Shown here: positions 1 to 10,785 of the stretch, piece by piece
Numbering within the stretch: position 1 is the stretch's first letter
How the letters are laid out: every line of letters begins with the position of its first letter
From: Verrucomicrobiales bacterium
GTDB taxonomy: Bacteria > Verrucomicrobiota > Verrucomicrobiia > Verrucomicrobiales > SLCJ01
Direction of reading: 5' to 3'
Length of the DNA: 64,000 bases
Assembly: GCA_046075565.1 (NCBI GenBank)
Contig: JBJTQJ010000004.1
Span: 18,509 to 82,508 of the forward strand
The notes under the pieces: generated by a model
Databases searched by the model: none
Seen by the model: the letters and a program-made list of their open reading frames with translations, nothing else
What the model was told of the DNA's origin: nothing
Position numbers and translations under genes: made by a program

Positions 1-488
1 TATCGGTTGCCAACGAGTATTTAGCCTTGGGGGGTGGTCCCCCCGGATTCACGCGGCGTTTCACGTGTGCCGCGCTACTCAGGAATTCCCTAGGGCCGTT
101 CGGATTTTCGATTACGGGGCTATCACCCTCTCTGGCGTGTCTTTCCAGACACTTGACCTAATCGTTCCGGTCCCACGACGGGCTCCTACAACCCCGGTGG
201 CAATGCCACCGGTTTGGGCTGTTCCGCGTTCGCTCGCCACTACTTGCGGAATCACGTTTGTTTTCTCTTCCACTGGTTACTGAGATGTTTCACTTCACCA
301 GGTGTCGCGACCTCTTCCCTATGGATTCAGGAAGAGACGATGCCGGTTCCGGCATCAGGTTACCCCATTCGGAGATCCCCGGGTCACAGCCTCTTAGCGG
401 CTAACCGGGGCTTATCGCAGCTTGCGCACGTCCTTCATCGCCTGTTGGCACCAAGGCATTCACTGTGTGCCCTTAAAAGCTTGTTCTC
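1..488 (-). rRNA. rrl: 23S rRNA 5' part (mirror copy, runs off the window)
   Basis: Reverse complement of 45005-45492. Confidence 0.95.
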
Positions 489-671
489 ATGTTAAAATGA
501 GTTTGTTCCGGCCCCGGAGGGCCGGCAAGCGTCATTACAAATTTTCGCCGTATTCACTAAGATCGCAGAGCAGATTTTCTCGCATGAAACTGCAATTTTT
601 CTACCCTGTGTGCAGATGTCAAAGACCATTGGATTCGACTTGCTTGGGAGACGGAAGCTTCCTGAAAAGAA

Positions 672-748
672 TGGTGGGCCAGACTGGACTTGAACCAGTG
701 ACCCCGCGCTTATCAAGCGCGTGCTCTAACCAACTGAGCTACAGGCCC
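672..748 (-). tRNA. tRNA-Ile(GAT), mirror copy
   Basis: Reverse complement of 44745-44821. Confidence 0.95.
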
Positions 749-795
749 TTTTGGAATTCAAACTTCAAATACGGGATTTGAAATTCTACAGATGG

Positions 796-871
796 TGGTG
801 GAGGCAACCGGATTCGAACCGGTGACCTTCTGCGTGCAAAACAGACGCTCTACCAACTGAGCTATACCCCC
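796..871 (-). tRNA. tRNA-Ala(TGC), mirror copy
   Basis: Reverse complement of 44622-44697. Confidence 0.95.
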
Positions 872-1096
872 TCATTCCGGGAATGCTTTGATGTCTCAGG
901 AAAAGAAAAGCTGAAAAGTGCGCCGCGCGGAATCGCGCGCGAATGTGTTTATAGTTGTGAGTGGTCCGGCCTCGCGGCTCGGACGAACCCCGGTTCCGCC
1001 GAAGCGGTTCCGTTTTCGATCGGCTTGCGCCGACCGGTGGTTCCTAGACCTTGTTGCCGATATGATCGCTGTGAGACGACCGGCAACATGACTCCA

Positions 1097-2660
<1,564 letters not shown>

Positions 2661-2909
2661 ATGATAACGGTTTCGGCATTAAGCCGAAAATGTTACCGAT
2701 CCATAACCGCCTGTGACGGTCGGCCATGGACCTCGCGCGCTTTCCAGCGCGCGACGCACTTTCCAACTTTTCTTTTCCAACCCGCGCTTTGTGGCGCGAG
2801 TCCTGCTTGTCAAAGATCCTAATTCGCGGGGACTAAAAATCCGGCTGTCTTTTAGGGCAGCCGGCTTTCCGTCTTGCTCGCGTCCGGCTCGTTTCGGCCG
2901 GTGAAGGTT

Positions 2910-2937
2910 ACTCTACACGGCCAGTAAAAGCGTGCAA
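2910..2937 (-). promoter_or_regulatory. Putative rRNA sigma70 promoter, mirror copy
   Basis: Reverse complement of 42556-42583. Confidence 0.55.
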
Positions 2938-3123
2938 GGCTTTTTTGCAAAAAAAAGCACCGAACCGCATTTTTTTCTTTTCACCCCCCACCGAAAGCCG
3001 CTAAAAGAACTTTCCCCCGCGGCCCGCGGGCCTGGAATTTTGTCACTGCGGGATGAGGGCATGGCGGTTGAATGTCGGCAGGTCTCAGGTGCCGGAGCGG
3101 CTTTGTTCCTTGTATTTATTGGC

Positions 3124-3861
3124 CTAACAAGCGGGATACACCACTCCGTCGACCGCCTTTTCCTCGCGCATTTTTCCATCCATCATCACGAGTCGACGGT
3201 CAGCGGTTGCAGCAACACTCTCGCTGTGGGTCACGAGCACGAGGGTGGATTTTTGATCCTGATGCACCTTCCGGAACAGCTCCAGCACACGTTCCGTCGC
3301 CGCCGAATCAAGGTTTCCCGTGGGTTCATCGGCGATGATGAGCCCCGGCTGGTGAATGAGGGCCCGCGCAACGGCTGCGCGCTGCATTTCTCCACCGCTC
3401 AACTGGTGGGGAAAATGCCCCCGTCGACCGTCCAGACCGACAAAATCAAGGAGCAGCCGGGCTTTTTCCCGCCTCTCCATGTAACCGATGCCTTGCAGGC
3501 GCAGAGGTAGCGCGACATTCTCCTCCAGGCTGAGCCCGGGCAGGAGGTTGAAGAATTGGAATACGATGCCGACCTCGCTGCGCCGGTAACGGGTCCTTTC
3601 CGCTTCGCTCGCGGAGGTCAAATCCGTTTTTCCGACCCGTAATTGGCCGGAATCCGGGGTATCCAGCGCGGCAAGCAGATTGAGCAAGGTGCTTTTCCCA
3701 CAGCCGCTCGGCCCGGTGATAGCCACGAATTCCCCCTGTTTGATGCGGAAAGACACCTTGTCCAAGGCGGAGACCGAGCGCTCGGGGCCTCCGGAATAGT
3801 ACCGGGAGAGGTCGGTTGCTTCCACAAGGGCGGTATCAGGAAGTATCATGGTCTGTATCAT
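3124..3861 (-). CDS. ABC transporter ATP-binding protein (LolD/MacB type)
   Basis: Walker A GPSGCGKST, LSGGEMQR signature, ADEPTGNLD; start could instead be 3849. Confidence 0.9.
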   Translation of the reverse strand: MIQTMILPDTALVEATDLSRYYSGGPERSVSALDKVSFRIKQGEFVAITGPSGCGKSTLLNLLAALDTPDSGQLRVGKTDLTSASEAERTRYRRSEVGIVFQFFNLLPGLSLEENVALPLRLQGIGYMERREKARLLLDFVGLDGRRGHFPHQLSGGEMQRAAVARALIHQPGLIIADEPTGNLDSAATERVLELFRKVHQDQKSTLVLVTHSESVAATADRRLVMMDGKMREEKAVDGVVYPAC

Positions 3862-3969
3862 TACGCTGGTAGAAGATTGCGGGTGGATGGAATTCGCCGG
3901 TTGCTCCAGAGCTTGCCGCAGGCAGTGCCCGGGCGCATGGTGGGGATGCTTCAAATGAACGGACGCAAG

Positions 3970-4707
3970 ATGGATGAGATGCCGATCGAGTTCGACATCC
4001 TGTATGAGGATGCCGAACTCCTGATCGTGGACAAGCCGGCCCACTTGCTCGTTCATCCGAGCAAGCCGGATGGGCCGCCCACGCTATGGCACGGCCTGCG
4101 CGCCCTGCTCGCTTACGAACTCGCCACCGGCGGACAGATATCGATTGTGAACCGCCTCGATCGGGAGACCAGCGGAGTGACTGTTGTGGCGAAGTCGGCG
4201 GTGGCCGCGCGGAGGCTCGGTCGCGCCATGATGCGGCGGGAAATCCACAAGGAATATCTGGCCATCGCGCGCGGTTGGCCGGAAGAAGATGAATTCACCG
4301 TCGATGTTCCCATTCTGCGAGCTGGCGAAGTAGACACCAGTGCTGTCTATGTGAAACAATTGGCGCATGCGCAAGGGCGGCCTTGCCGCACGGTGGTGAA
4401 GGTGGAGAAACGCTGGTCGCGCGAGGGCTCGCCCTTCTGTTTGGCGCGGGCTTTCCCGGAGACCGGGCGTATGCATCAAATCCGCGTTCACCTGGCCCAT
4501 GCAGGACACCCGTTGGTCGGTGACAAGATTTACACGAATGATGGAGCCGATTATCTCGAGTTTCTCGAGACAGGCTGGACACCGGCTCTGGCCGAACGAT
4601 TGCTCCTGGACCGGCATGCCTTACACAGCGCCGCCATCATCATCGATGGAGACAGATGGGAATGCCCGCTGCCCAAAGACATGCGGGAATGGATGCAAAG
4701 CGATTGA
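3970..4707 (+). CDS. RluA-family RNA pseudouridine synthase
   Basis: VDKPAHLLVHP, NRLDRETSG catalytic motif, TGRMHQIRVHL, HPLVGDKIY; start approximate. Confidence 0.9.
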   Translation: MDEMPIEFDILYEDAELLIVDKPAHLLVHPSKPDGPPTLWHGLRALLAYELATGGQISIVNRLDRETSGVTVVAKSAVAARRLGRAMMRREIHKEYLAIARGWPEEDEFTVDVPILRAGEVDTSAVYVKQLAHAQGRPCRTVVKVEKRWSREGSPFCLARAFPETGRMHQIRVHLAHAGHPLVGDKIYTNDGADYLEFLETGWTPALAERLLLDRHALHSAAIIIDGDRWECPLPKDMREWMQSD

Positions 4708-4731
4708 TGGCCGTCGTCGGCCCACACCGAA

Positions 4732-5934
4732 TCACACTTTCAACCCGGCCAGTTTGCCATCGATCGGTTGGGTATCGGCGAGCGCGTCTTCCCATTTCAC
4801 GATTTCCCCGGGACGGAAGGCGGCGAGGCGTCCGAGCTGGGTAATGCGGTTGCTCATTACACTCGGTGCAACGGTCGGATTGCTCGCGTCGCCGGCATGG
4901 ATGGCCCGGCTGAATTCGGCGAGATTGAGATTCGGGCCATCGCGGTAAATAGCAGGCGTGTCTCCGGCATTCATGTTCACGCCTTCTTCGCCGCGCAGAC
5001 GGACTTTGCCTCCGTATTCGGTAGAGATCATGCCTTTGGACCCAAAGACGCGGTTGGTGATGCCGCCGGGGTCTCCCCATCCACCATATTGACGCGAGTG
5101 GAAATGAATCGGCACTTGGCCGGGAAAATTGAAGAGGACGCTGAAGTGGTCGTGGCAATCGCCGATATCCGTGCGGCCTTTGCGACTGCAGATACCGGTG
5201 GCGGAAACCGGTGCCTGGCCCATGATCCAACCCATCACATCCAGCGTGTGGACATTTTGTTCCGTGATGATATCACCGGAAAGTGCGATATCGAAGACCC
5301 AATTGCGCAAGCGCTTCTCGGCGGGTGTTTCGCCGCCCTCATGGGGATTAAGCCTGCCTGATTCATAGATGGCCTGCCCGTGACTGAAGTCCCCGAGCAC
5401 ACCCTCGCGGACTTTGGCAATCGCCTTCTGAAATGGCTCAACGGCGCGGGTTTGGAAATCGACGAGGATGACCCTTTTCTTCTCTGCCGCGAGTTTGGCG
5501 GCTTCCTCGATGATCCGGCACCCAGCTTCATCGACAGCGACCGGTTTGGCCAGGTAGACGTGCAGCCCGGCCTTGATGGCCGTCAAAGTCTGGAGTGGAT
5601 GGAAAAATGGCGGGCTTTCGATGGCCACGGCGTCGAGTCCACCGGCTTCGAACAAACGACGGTAGCCATCGAGTCCGGTGAAGCACCGCGCTTCCGGCAA
5701 TCCATACCTGGCGGCAAACCCCGCCACCCGATCCTGAAAGTAGTCCGCCGCGCCGACAATCGTGAACAATCCCGAGGCCTTGGCCATGTCGGCGATCATG
5801 GTGCCCCGGCCGCCGCAACCAACCAATCCCAAGCGCAGGGGCGGAGCCGCTGCTCCATTCTGGGCATGGGAAATTGCCCCCAGGGTGGCGGCGCTGGCGG
5901 TCGTGATGAATTGGCGGCGGGTGGGCGGGCTCAT
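4732..5934 (-). CDS. Tat-exported Gfo/Idh/MocA oxidoreductase
   Basis: TRRQF Tat motif, GLVGCGGRG Rossmann motif, HVYLAKP. Confidence 0.88.
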   Translation of the reverse strand: MSPPTRRQFITTASAATLGAISHAQNGAAAPPLRLGLVGCGGRGTMIADMAKASGLFTIVGAADYFQDRVAGFAARYGLPEARCFTGLDGYRRLFEAGGLDAVAIESPPFFHPLQTLTAIKAGLHVYLAKPVAVDEAGCRIIEEAAKLAAEKKRVILVDFQTRAVEPFQKAIAKVREGVLGDFSHGQAIYESGRLNPHEGGETPAEKRLRNWVFDIALSGDIITEQNVHTLDVMGWIMGQAPVSATGICSRKGRTDIGDCHDHFSVLFNFPGQVPIHFHSRQYGGWGDPGGITNRVFGSKGMISTEYGGKVRLRGEEGVNMNAGDTPAIYRDGPNLNLAEFSRAIHAGDASNPTVAPSVMSNRITQLGRLAAFRPGEIVKWEDALADTQPIDGKLAGLKV

Positions 5935-6166
5935 GCGTGAAAGAACGTTTGGGCGGTGTTGGCAATTTCACAGGATCTATTTCATCCAAGTCGCCGGGAA
6001 AATGACTCAATGACCCTCGACAGGCGCCAGGCCCAGGCAACACTTCGAAAATGGCCGCCACGGCGCTCCGCCCAAATCCGCACTGGCACGGGGGCCAAAT
6101 CCGGGTAAGGTTTGCATTTCGGCTGAAATCTCTCATCACGGCCACCCACTCCCCCACCCCGCGCGC

Positions 6167-7969
6167 ATGTCCCAGGAACTGACCCGGAATTTCTCTATCA
6201 TCGCCCATATTGACCACGGCAAGACGACACTTTCGGACCGTTTGCTGGAGATGACGCGAACGATCTCGGAGCGCGAGAAGCAGGATCAATTGCTCGATTC
6301 GATGGATTTGGAACGGGAAAGGGGGATCACCATCAAGGCCCACCCGGTCTCGATGAGCTACACCTCCGTGCGAGACGGGAAAACCTACCAACTCAACCTG
6401 CTCGACACTCCCGGACACGTGGATTTCAGTTACGAGGTTTCCCGCAGCCTCGCCGCCTGTGAGGGAGCCTTGGTGCTCATCGATGCCGCCCAGGGCGTGG
6501 AAGCCCAGACCGTGGCCAACGTGCACCTGGCCATGGGTCAGAACCTGACCATCATTCCCGTCATCAACAAGATCGACCTCCCGAGTGCGGATATCCCGAA
6601 GTGCAAACATCAGCTCGAGGAAATCCTCGCCATCCCCGCGGAGGAAGCGCTACTGGCCTCCGCAAAAGCAGGACTGGGCATCGAAGATATTCTCGAGGCC
6701 ATCATCGAACGCGTGCCTGCGCCAAAAGCCTTCGACGATCAATATCTGCGCGCCTCGGTTTTCGATTCCGTCTTCGATTCCTACCGCGGCGTGGTTTCCT
6801 ACGTTCGTGTTTTTTCCGGCACCATGGAAAAAGGCCAGCGCATTCGCATGCTCGCCACCGGCAATGATTACGAGGTCAAGGAAGTCGGGGTCTTCACGCC
6901 TCGCCAGACGCCGCGTCAGAAGCTCATTGCCGGGGATGTCGGATACATCATTGCGAATGTGAAGAGCACGGCCGAAGTCAAAATCGGCGACACCATCACG
7001 GAAAGCCGCCAACCGGTGAAAGAACCGCTGCCCGGCTTCAAGGAAATCCACCCCATGGTCTTTGCGGGCATCTATCCCGTGAGCACCGATGACTTCGAGT
7101 CGCTCAAGAATGCCATCGCGAAACTGCAAATCAACGACGCCGCCCTGACTTACATGGCGGAAAGCTCGGCTGCCCTCGGATTCGGATTCCGTTGTGGTTT
7201 CCTCGGCCTGCTGCACATGGAAATCGTGCTCGAGCGCCTGCGCCGCGAATTCGACATGGATGTCATTTCCACCTATCCGGGTGTCGTCTATGAAGTGACC
7301 AAAACCAGCGGCGAAGACTTGATCGTGGACAACCCCCTCCACCTTCCCGAACCACAGGAAGTGGCGGAAATCCGCGAACCGCTCGTGAAGGCCTTCATCA
7401 TGCTGCCGAATGTCAACATGGGCGACATCCTCCAGCTCGTGATGGAGAAGCGCGGCATGGTTGATCATACCGAGACGCTCGACGAAACCCGGGTCATGCT
7501 CACCTGCGTGTTGCCGCTAAACGAAATCCTCGTGGATTTCAACGATCGCCTCAAGAGCATCACCCGCGGATACGGCTCGATGGACTACGAACATTGCGGC
7601 TACCAACCGGCCAAGCTCGTGCGCATGGACATGATGATCGCGGGCGAACCGGTGGATGCCTTCTCGACCATTGTGCACCGGGACAAGGCCGAGAGCTACG
7701 GGCGCCGCCTAGCCGCCAAACTCAAGGATGTCATCCCCCGGCAGCTTTTCGTGGTGGCCATCCAGGCCATGGTGGGCGGGAAAATCATCGCCCGCGAGAG
7801 TATCAGCGCCATGCGCAAGAATGTGACCGCAAAATGTTACGGCGGTGATATCACCCGTAAACGCAAGCTGCTCGAGAAACAGAAAGAGGGTAAAAAGAAG
7901 ATGAAAGCCATCGGACGGGTGAGCATCCCGCAGGAGGCATTCATCGAGGTGCTTAAAACCAGCGATTGA
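6167..7969 (+). CDS. lepA: Elongation factor 4 (LepA)
   Basis: RNFSIIAHIDHGKTTL, DTPGHVDF, KCYGGDITRKRKLLEKQK. Confidence 0.98.
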   Translation: MSQELTRNFSIIAHIDHGKTTLSDRLLEMTRTISEREKQDQLLDSMDLERERGITIKAHPVSMSYTSVRDGKTYQLNLLDTPGHVDFSYEVSRSLAACEGALVLIDAAQGVEAQTVANVHLAMGQNLTIIPVINKIDLPSADIPKCKHQLEEILAIPAEEALLASAKAGLGIEDILEAIIERVPAPKAFDDQYLRASVFDSVFDSYRGVVSYVRVFSGTMEKGQRIRMLATGNDYEVKEVGVFTPRQTPRQKLIAGDVGYIIANVKSTAEVKIGDTITESRQPVKEPLPGFKEIHPMVFAGIYPVSTDDFESLKNAIAKLQINDAALTYMAESSAALGFGFRCGFLGLLHMEIVLERLRREFDMDVISTYPGVVYEVTKTSGEDLIVDNPLHLPEPQEVAEIREPLVKAFIMLPNVNMGDILQLVMEKRGMVDHTETLDETRVMLTCVLPLNEILVDFNDRLKSITRGYGSMDYEHCGYQPAKLVRMDMMIAGEPVDAFSTIVHRDKAESYGRRLAAKLKDVIPRQLFVVAIQAMVGGKIIARESISAMRKNVTAKCYGGDITRKRKLLEKQKEGKKKMKAIGRVSIPQEAFIEVLKTSD

Positions 7970-7981
7970 TTTTCCACGACC

Positions 7982-9184
7982 ATGTTCAAACCGCGACATC
8001 TCAAGGATTCCGTTCACTTCCGCAAGGGAGTGGAGAAGTTCGTGCATTTCAAAAAGCACCTGATCGCCACGGAAAAATTGGCCGCCATCCGCAAAGGTTT
8101 GGACGAATTGCGCCTGCTCGAGGCCACGCGTCCCGATCGCGACACGCTGAAAAAGGCGCAAGACGAACTGGAAGCCCTCTGTCGCGGCTCCGTGCCCGCC
8201 TCGCACGCCAAACCGGTGGGCTGGCTCCCGGAAAACGTGGACGTCTTTTTCACCGCCATCATCGTGGCCCTCGGCATTCGCGCTTATTTCCTGCAACCGT
8301 TCAAGATCCCGACCGGTTCCATGCAGCCGACTTTGAACGGCGTGATCTCCGAGAGTTTCTCACCATCCCAAACCTTTCCTTCCCTGCCCGTCCAGGCTTG
8401 GCAATGGATTTTCAACAGCCGCAGCCACGATGACATCCGCGCCGCGTCCGATGATGCCATCGTTAAAGTGACCGAGCGTAATCTCCTCGTCTTCTTTACC
8501 CGCGCGACCATCCATATGCGCTCGGGCGAAACCCATTCCGTCTCCTCCACCAAGGCCGCCTTGATGCAGGGCGCAGGCTGGCCGCAATTCAACGGCGAAC
8601 TTTCCGGACCCATCCCCGTGAGCAAAGGTGACATCATCTTCCGCGGCAGCAGCCAGGGAGGCGATCACCTGCTCGTGGACAAGATGAGCTACCATTTCCG
8701 GAAACCAAAACGCGGGGAGGTTTTTGTTTTCAGCACCAAGGGGATCAAGGACATCGAAAGCGGAGGCTCCTTCCGCCCGGAATTCGGCAGCCAGAACTAC
8801 ATCAAACGCCTCTGCGCCGTCCCCGGCGACACGCTGGAAATCACCGCCGACCACCAGCTTTTGATCAACGGCGAACGCGCGCGCGAACCCGGTTTCCAAC
8901 GGGTCATGTCCATGCAGGACGGCTACAACGGTTATTTGATCCCCCCTCCGCCCTACCCTTCGGTGACAAAATTCGATCTGCGCCCCGGACATTTCGAGAC
9001 GATGCTCGGGCGGTTCTGGCGCAATGATGTCCGTGTGCCCCAACCGATCTACTGGGCGATGGGCGACAACCAGCAGAGCAGCTCCGACAGCCGGTTCTGG
9101 GGCCCGGTGCCACAGGTGAATCTGGTCGGCCCCGCGTTGATCGTCTATTGGCCATTCGGCAACCACTTCGGGTTGATCAAGTAA
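7982..9184 (+). CDS. lepB: Signal peptidase I
   Basis: IPTGSMQPTL (Ser), YIKRL (Lys), MGDN...SDSRFWG; directly downstream of lepA. Confidence 0.93.
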   Translation: MFKPRHLKDSVHFRKGVEKFVHFKKHLIATEKLAAIRKGLDELRLLEATRPDRDTLKKAQDELEALCRGSVPASHAKPVGWLPENVDVFFTAIIVALGIRAYFLQPFKIPTGSMQPTLNGVISESFSPSQTFPSLPVQAWQWIFNSRSHDDIRAASDDAIVKVTERNLLVFFTRATIHMRSGETHSVSSTKAALMQGAGWPQFNGELSGPIPVSKGDIIFRGSSQGGDHLLVDKMSYHFRKPKRGEVFVFSTKGIKDIESGGSFRPEFGSQNYIKRLCAVPGDTLEITADHQLLINGERAREPGFQRVMSMQDGYNGYLIPPPPYPSVTKFDLRPGHFETMLGRFWRNDVRVPQPIYWAMGDNQQSSSDSRFWGPVPQVNLVGPALIVYWPFGNHFGLIK

Positions 9185-9259
9185 GGCCGGGGTCCACCCC
9201 AATGCTTTTCACATTACGGAAGAATCGACGAAATTTTCGCTTTCCTTCTCCCGCGCCTT

Positions 9260-9367
9260 CCAGGGCAAGAGCGAGACGCTCTTGCTACATTGCAGATGGA
9301 AGCATAAGGAGATTACCCTGGGAGTGTCCCTAGGAGCCGTAGCAAGACCGTCTCGGTCTTGCCCTGG
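9260..9367. repeat. Inverted pair of GTAG-type REP hairpins (REPIN-like)
   Basis: CCAGGGCAAGAGCGAGACGCTCTTGCTAC (9260-9288) and GTAGCAAGACCGTCTCGGTCTTGCCCTGG (9339-9367). Confidence 0.75.
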
Positions 9368-9416
9368 GCGATGATCTCCGCCTGCTAGACCTAGTTCCAA
9401 GTGAACGGCTTTGGGA

Positions 9417-10670
9417 TCAAATTTCCCCCTCTTTTTTATCCACCAGAAAAGCGGGGAGGAAGGGCACGATGAGCAGGATGAGCGCGGTGGTGCCGGCGTT
9501 GAGCCAGACCAAGTTATTGAAAGTAAACTTATACACATCCGAAAGATGCGCTCCCAGCACCTCCGAAACGGAGTTGCTCAGATTCCAGACCGCCATCATC
9601 ACGGCATAGCCCAGAGCCTCCGAACCCTTGGGTGTGGCACGCGCCGCCAAATCGAAAAGCGGTAACTGAGCAAGGGTGTAACCGAGCACGTACAATGCTT
9701 CGATGGCGATGGCGGAAGATTTGGAGACATAGCCCAAATAGAGAAGAGCGCAGATCGCCGTGCTGGAAATCGACATATAGAGCAATGCCCGCAAGTTGAG
9801 TTTGCGGCAAAGAAGAGGATACAATAACGCCGCCAGCAATCCCATCGGCGCACCGTAAGTCTTCAGCAGCCCGATAAACATGGGATCAAAACCAAGTTGA
9901 TTGGTCTGATAAAAGAGCAACGGCACGCCGAACCCTGGCGCGAGGCTGACAAGGAAGAGCAACCCGCTGCATATCCAGAGGTTCCTTGAGCGGAACACCA
10001 TCCGGCATTGGTGGGCGATACCGAACAGCGGGCCATCGCCGTTGTGGGCACTGGACACCCGCTTCTCACGCAACAACAGGAGCGTAAGCGGGATCATCGA
10101 GAAAAAGAGCACGCCTCCGATGATGGCTGTCCATCCGAACCACTTGCCGGCCAGGAATCCACCAAGCGGACCGACAAAAAGAAGGATTACATTGGCGACG
10201 ATCATCCGAATTGAACTTAACCTACCGGTGGCCCCGTGAGCTTGGCCGCCTTCAACGAGCAGCCCGCCAACCACCGTGCTCGTCAGCATCATCATCACAT
10301 TCAGGCAGGTGCCGAAGAAGAGCAAGGTATGGTATTGCGGCGGAATAACTCCCATCGCCAGCCAGAAAGTCCCGCTGAACACCAATCCAAGGAGAAGATA
10401 ATGCCGGTGCTTCGTCCCCTTCAATGGCACACCATCAACCAGCAGCGCGGCCAACGGCTTGAAGCTCCATGGCAGTATCGCTATCCCCAACCAGGCGGCT
10501 ATCTCGGTCTGGCTCACTTTGAGCCCGTCCTTGAGCAGGAACTTGATCGGCAGGTCCCCCAAGCTGCTGAATTGGCCCAGATTGGTCACGACCATTCCCC
10601 AGCAGACCAGAATCGAGTATTGGCGCAGCGTCATAGCCGTCTCGGCGGCGCGTTCGGTGGATGTGTTCAT
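9417..10670 (-). CDS. MFS transporter, BT1/folate-biopterin-like
   Basis: About 12 hydrophobic segments, LPWSFKPLAALLVD, ARATPKGSEALGYA. Confidence 0.8.
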   Translation of the reverse strand: MNTSTERAAETAMTLRQYSILVCWGMVVTNLGQFSSLGDLPIKFLLKDGLKVSQTEIAAWLGIAILPWSFKPLAALLVDGVPLKGTKHRHYLLLGLVFSGTFWLAMGVIPPQYHTLLFFGTCLNVMMMLTSTVVGGLLVEGGQAHGATGRLSSIRMIVANVILLFVGPLGGFLAGKWFGWTAIIGGVLFFSMIPLTLLLLREKRVSSAHNGDGPLFGIAHQCRMVFRSRNLWICSGLLFLVSLAPGFGVPLLFYQTNQLGFDPMFIGLLKTYGAPMGLLAALLYPLLCRKLNLRALLYMSISSTAICALLYLGYVSKSSAIAIEALYVLGYTLAQLPLFDLAARATPKGSEALGYAVMMAVWNLSNSVSEVLGAHLSDVYKFTFNNLVWLNAGTTALILLIVPFLPAFLVDKKEGEI

Positions 10671-10785
10671 GCTGGGACTTTGTCGGAGAACGGTTAGCAA
10701 GCCCCCGGTTGCGCCCCAGTTCAAGCGGATTTCATGGTTCGCCCGATTTCGCCGGCCAAGGATCAAAGATCCGGGATGCCTGCGG

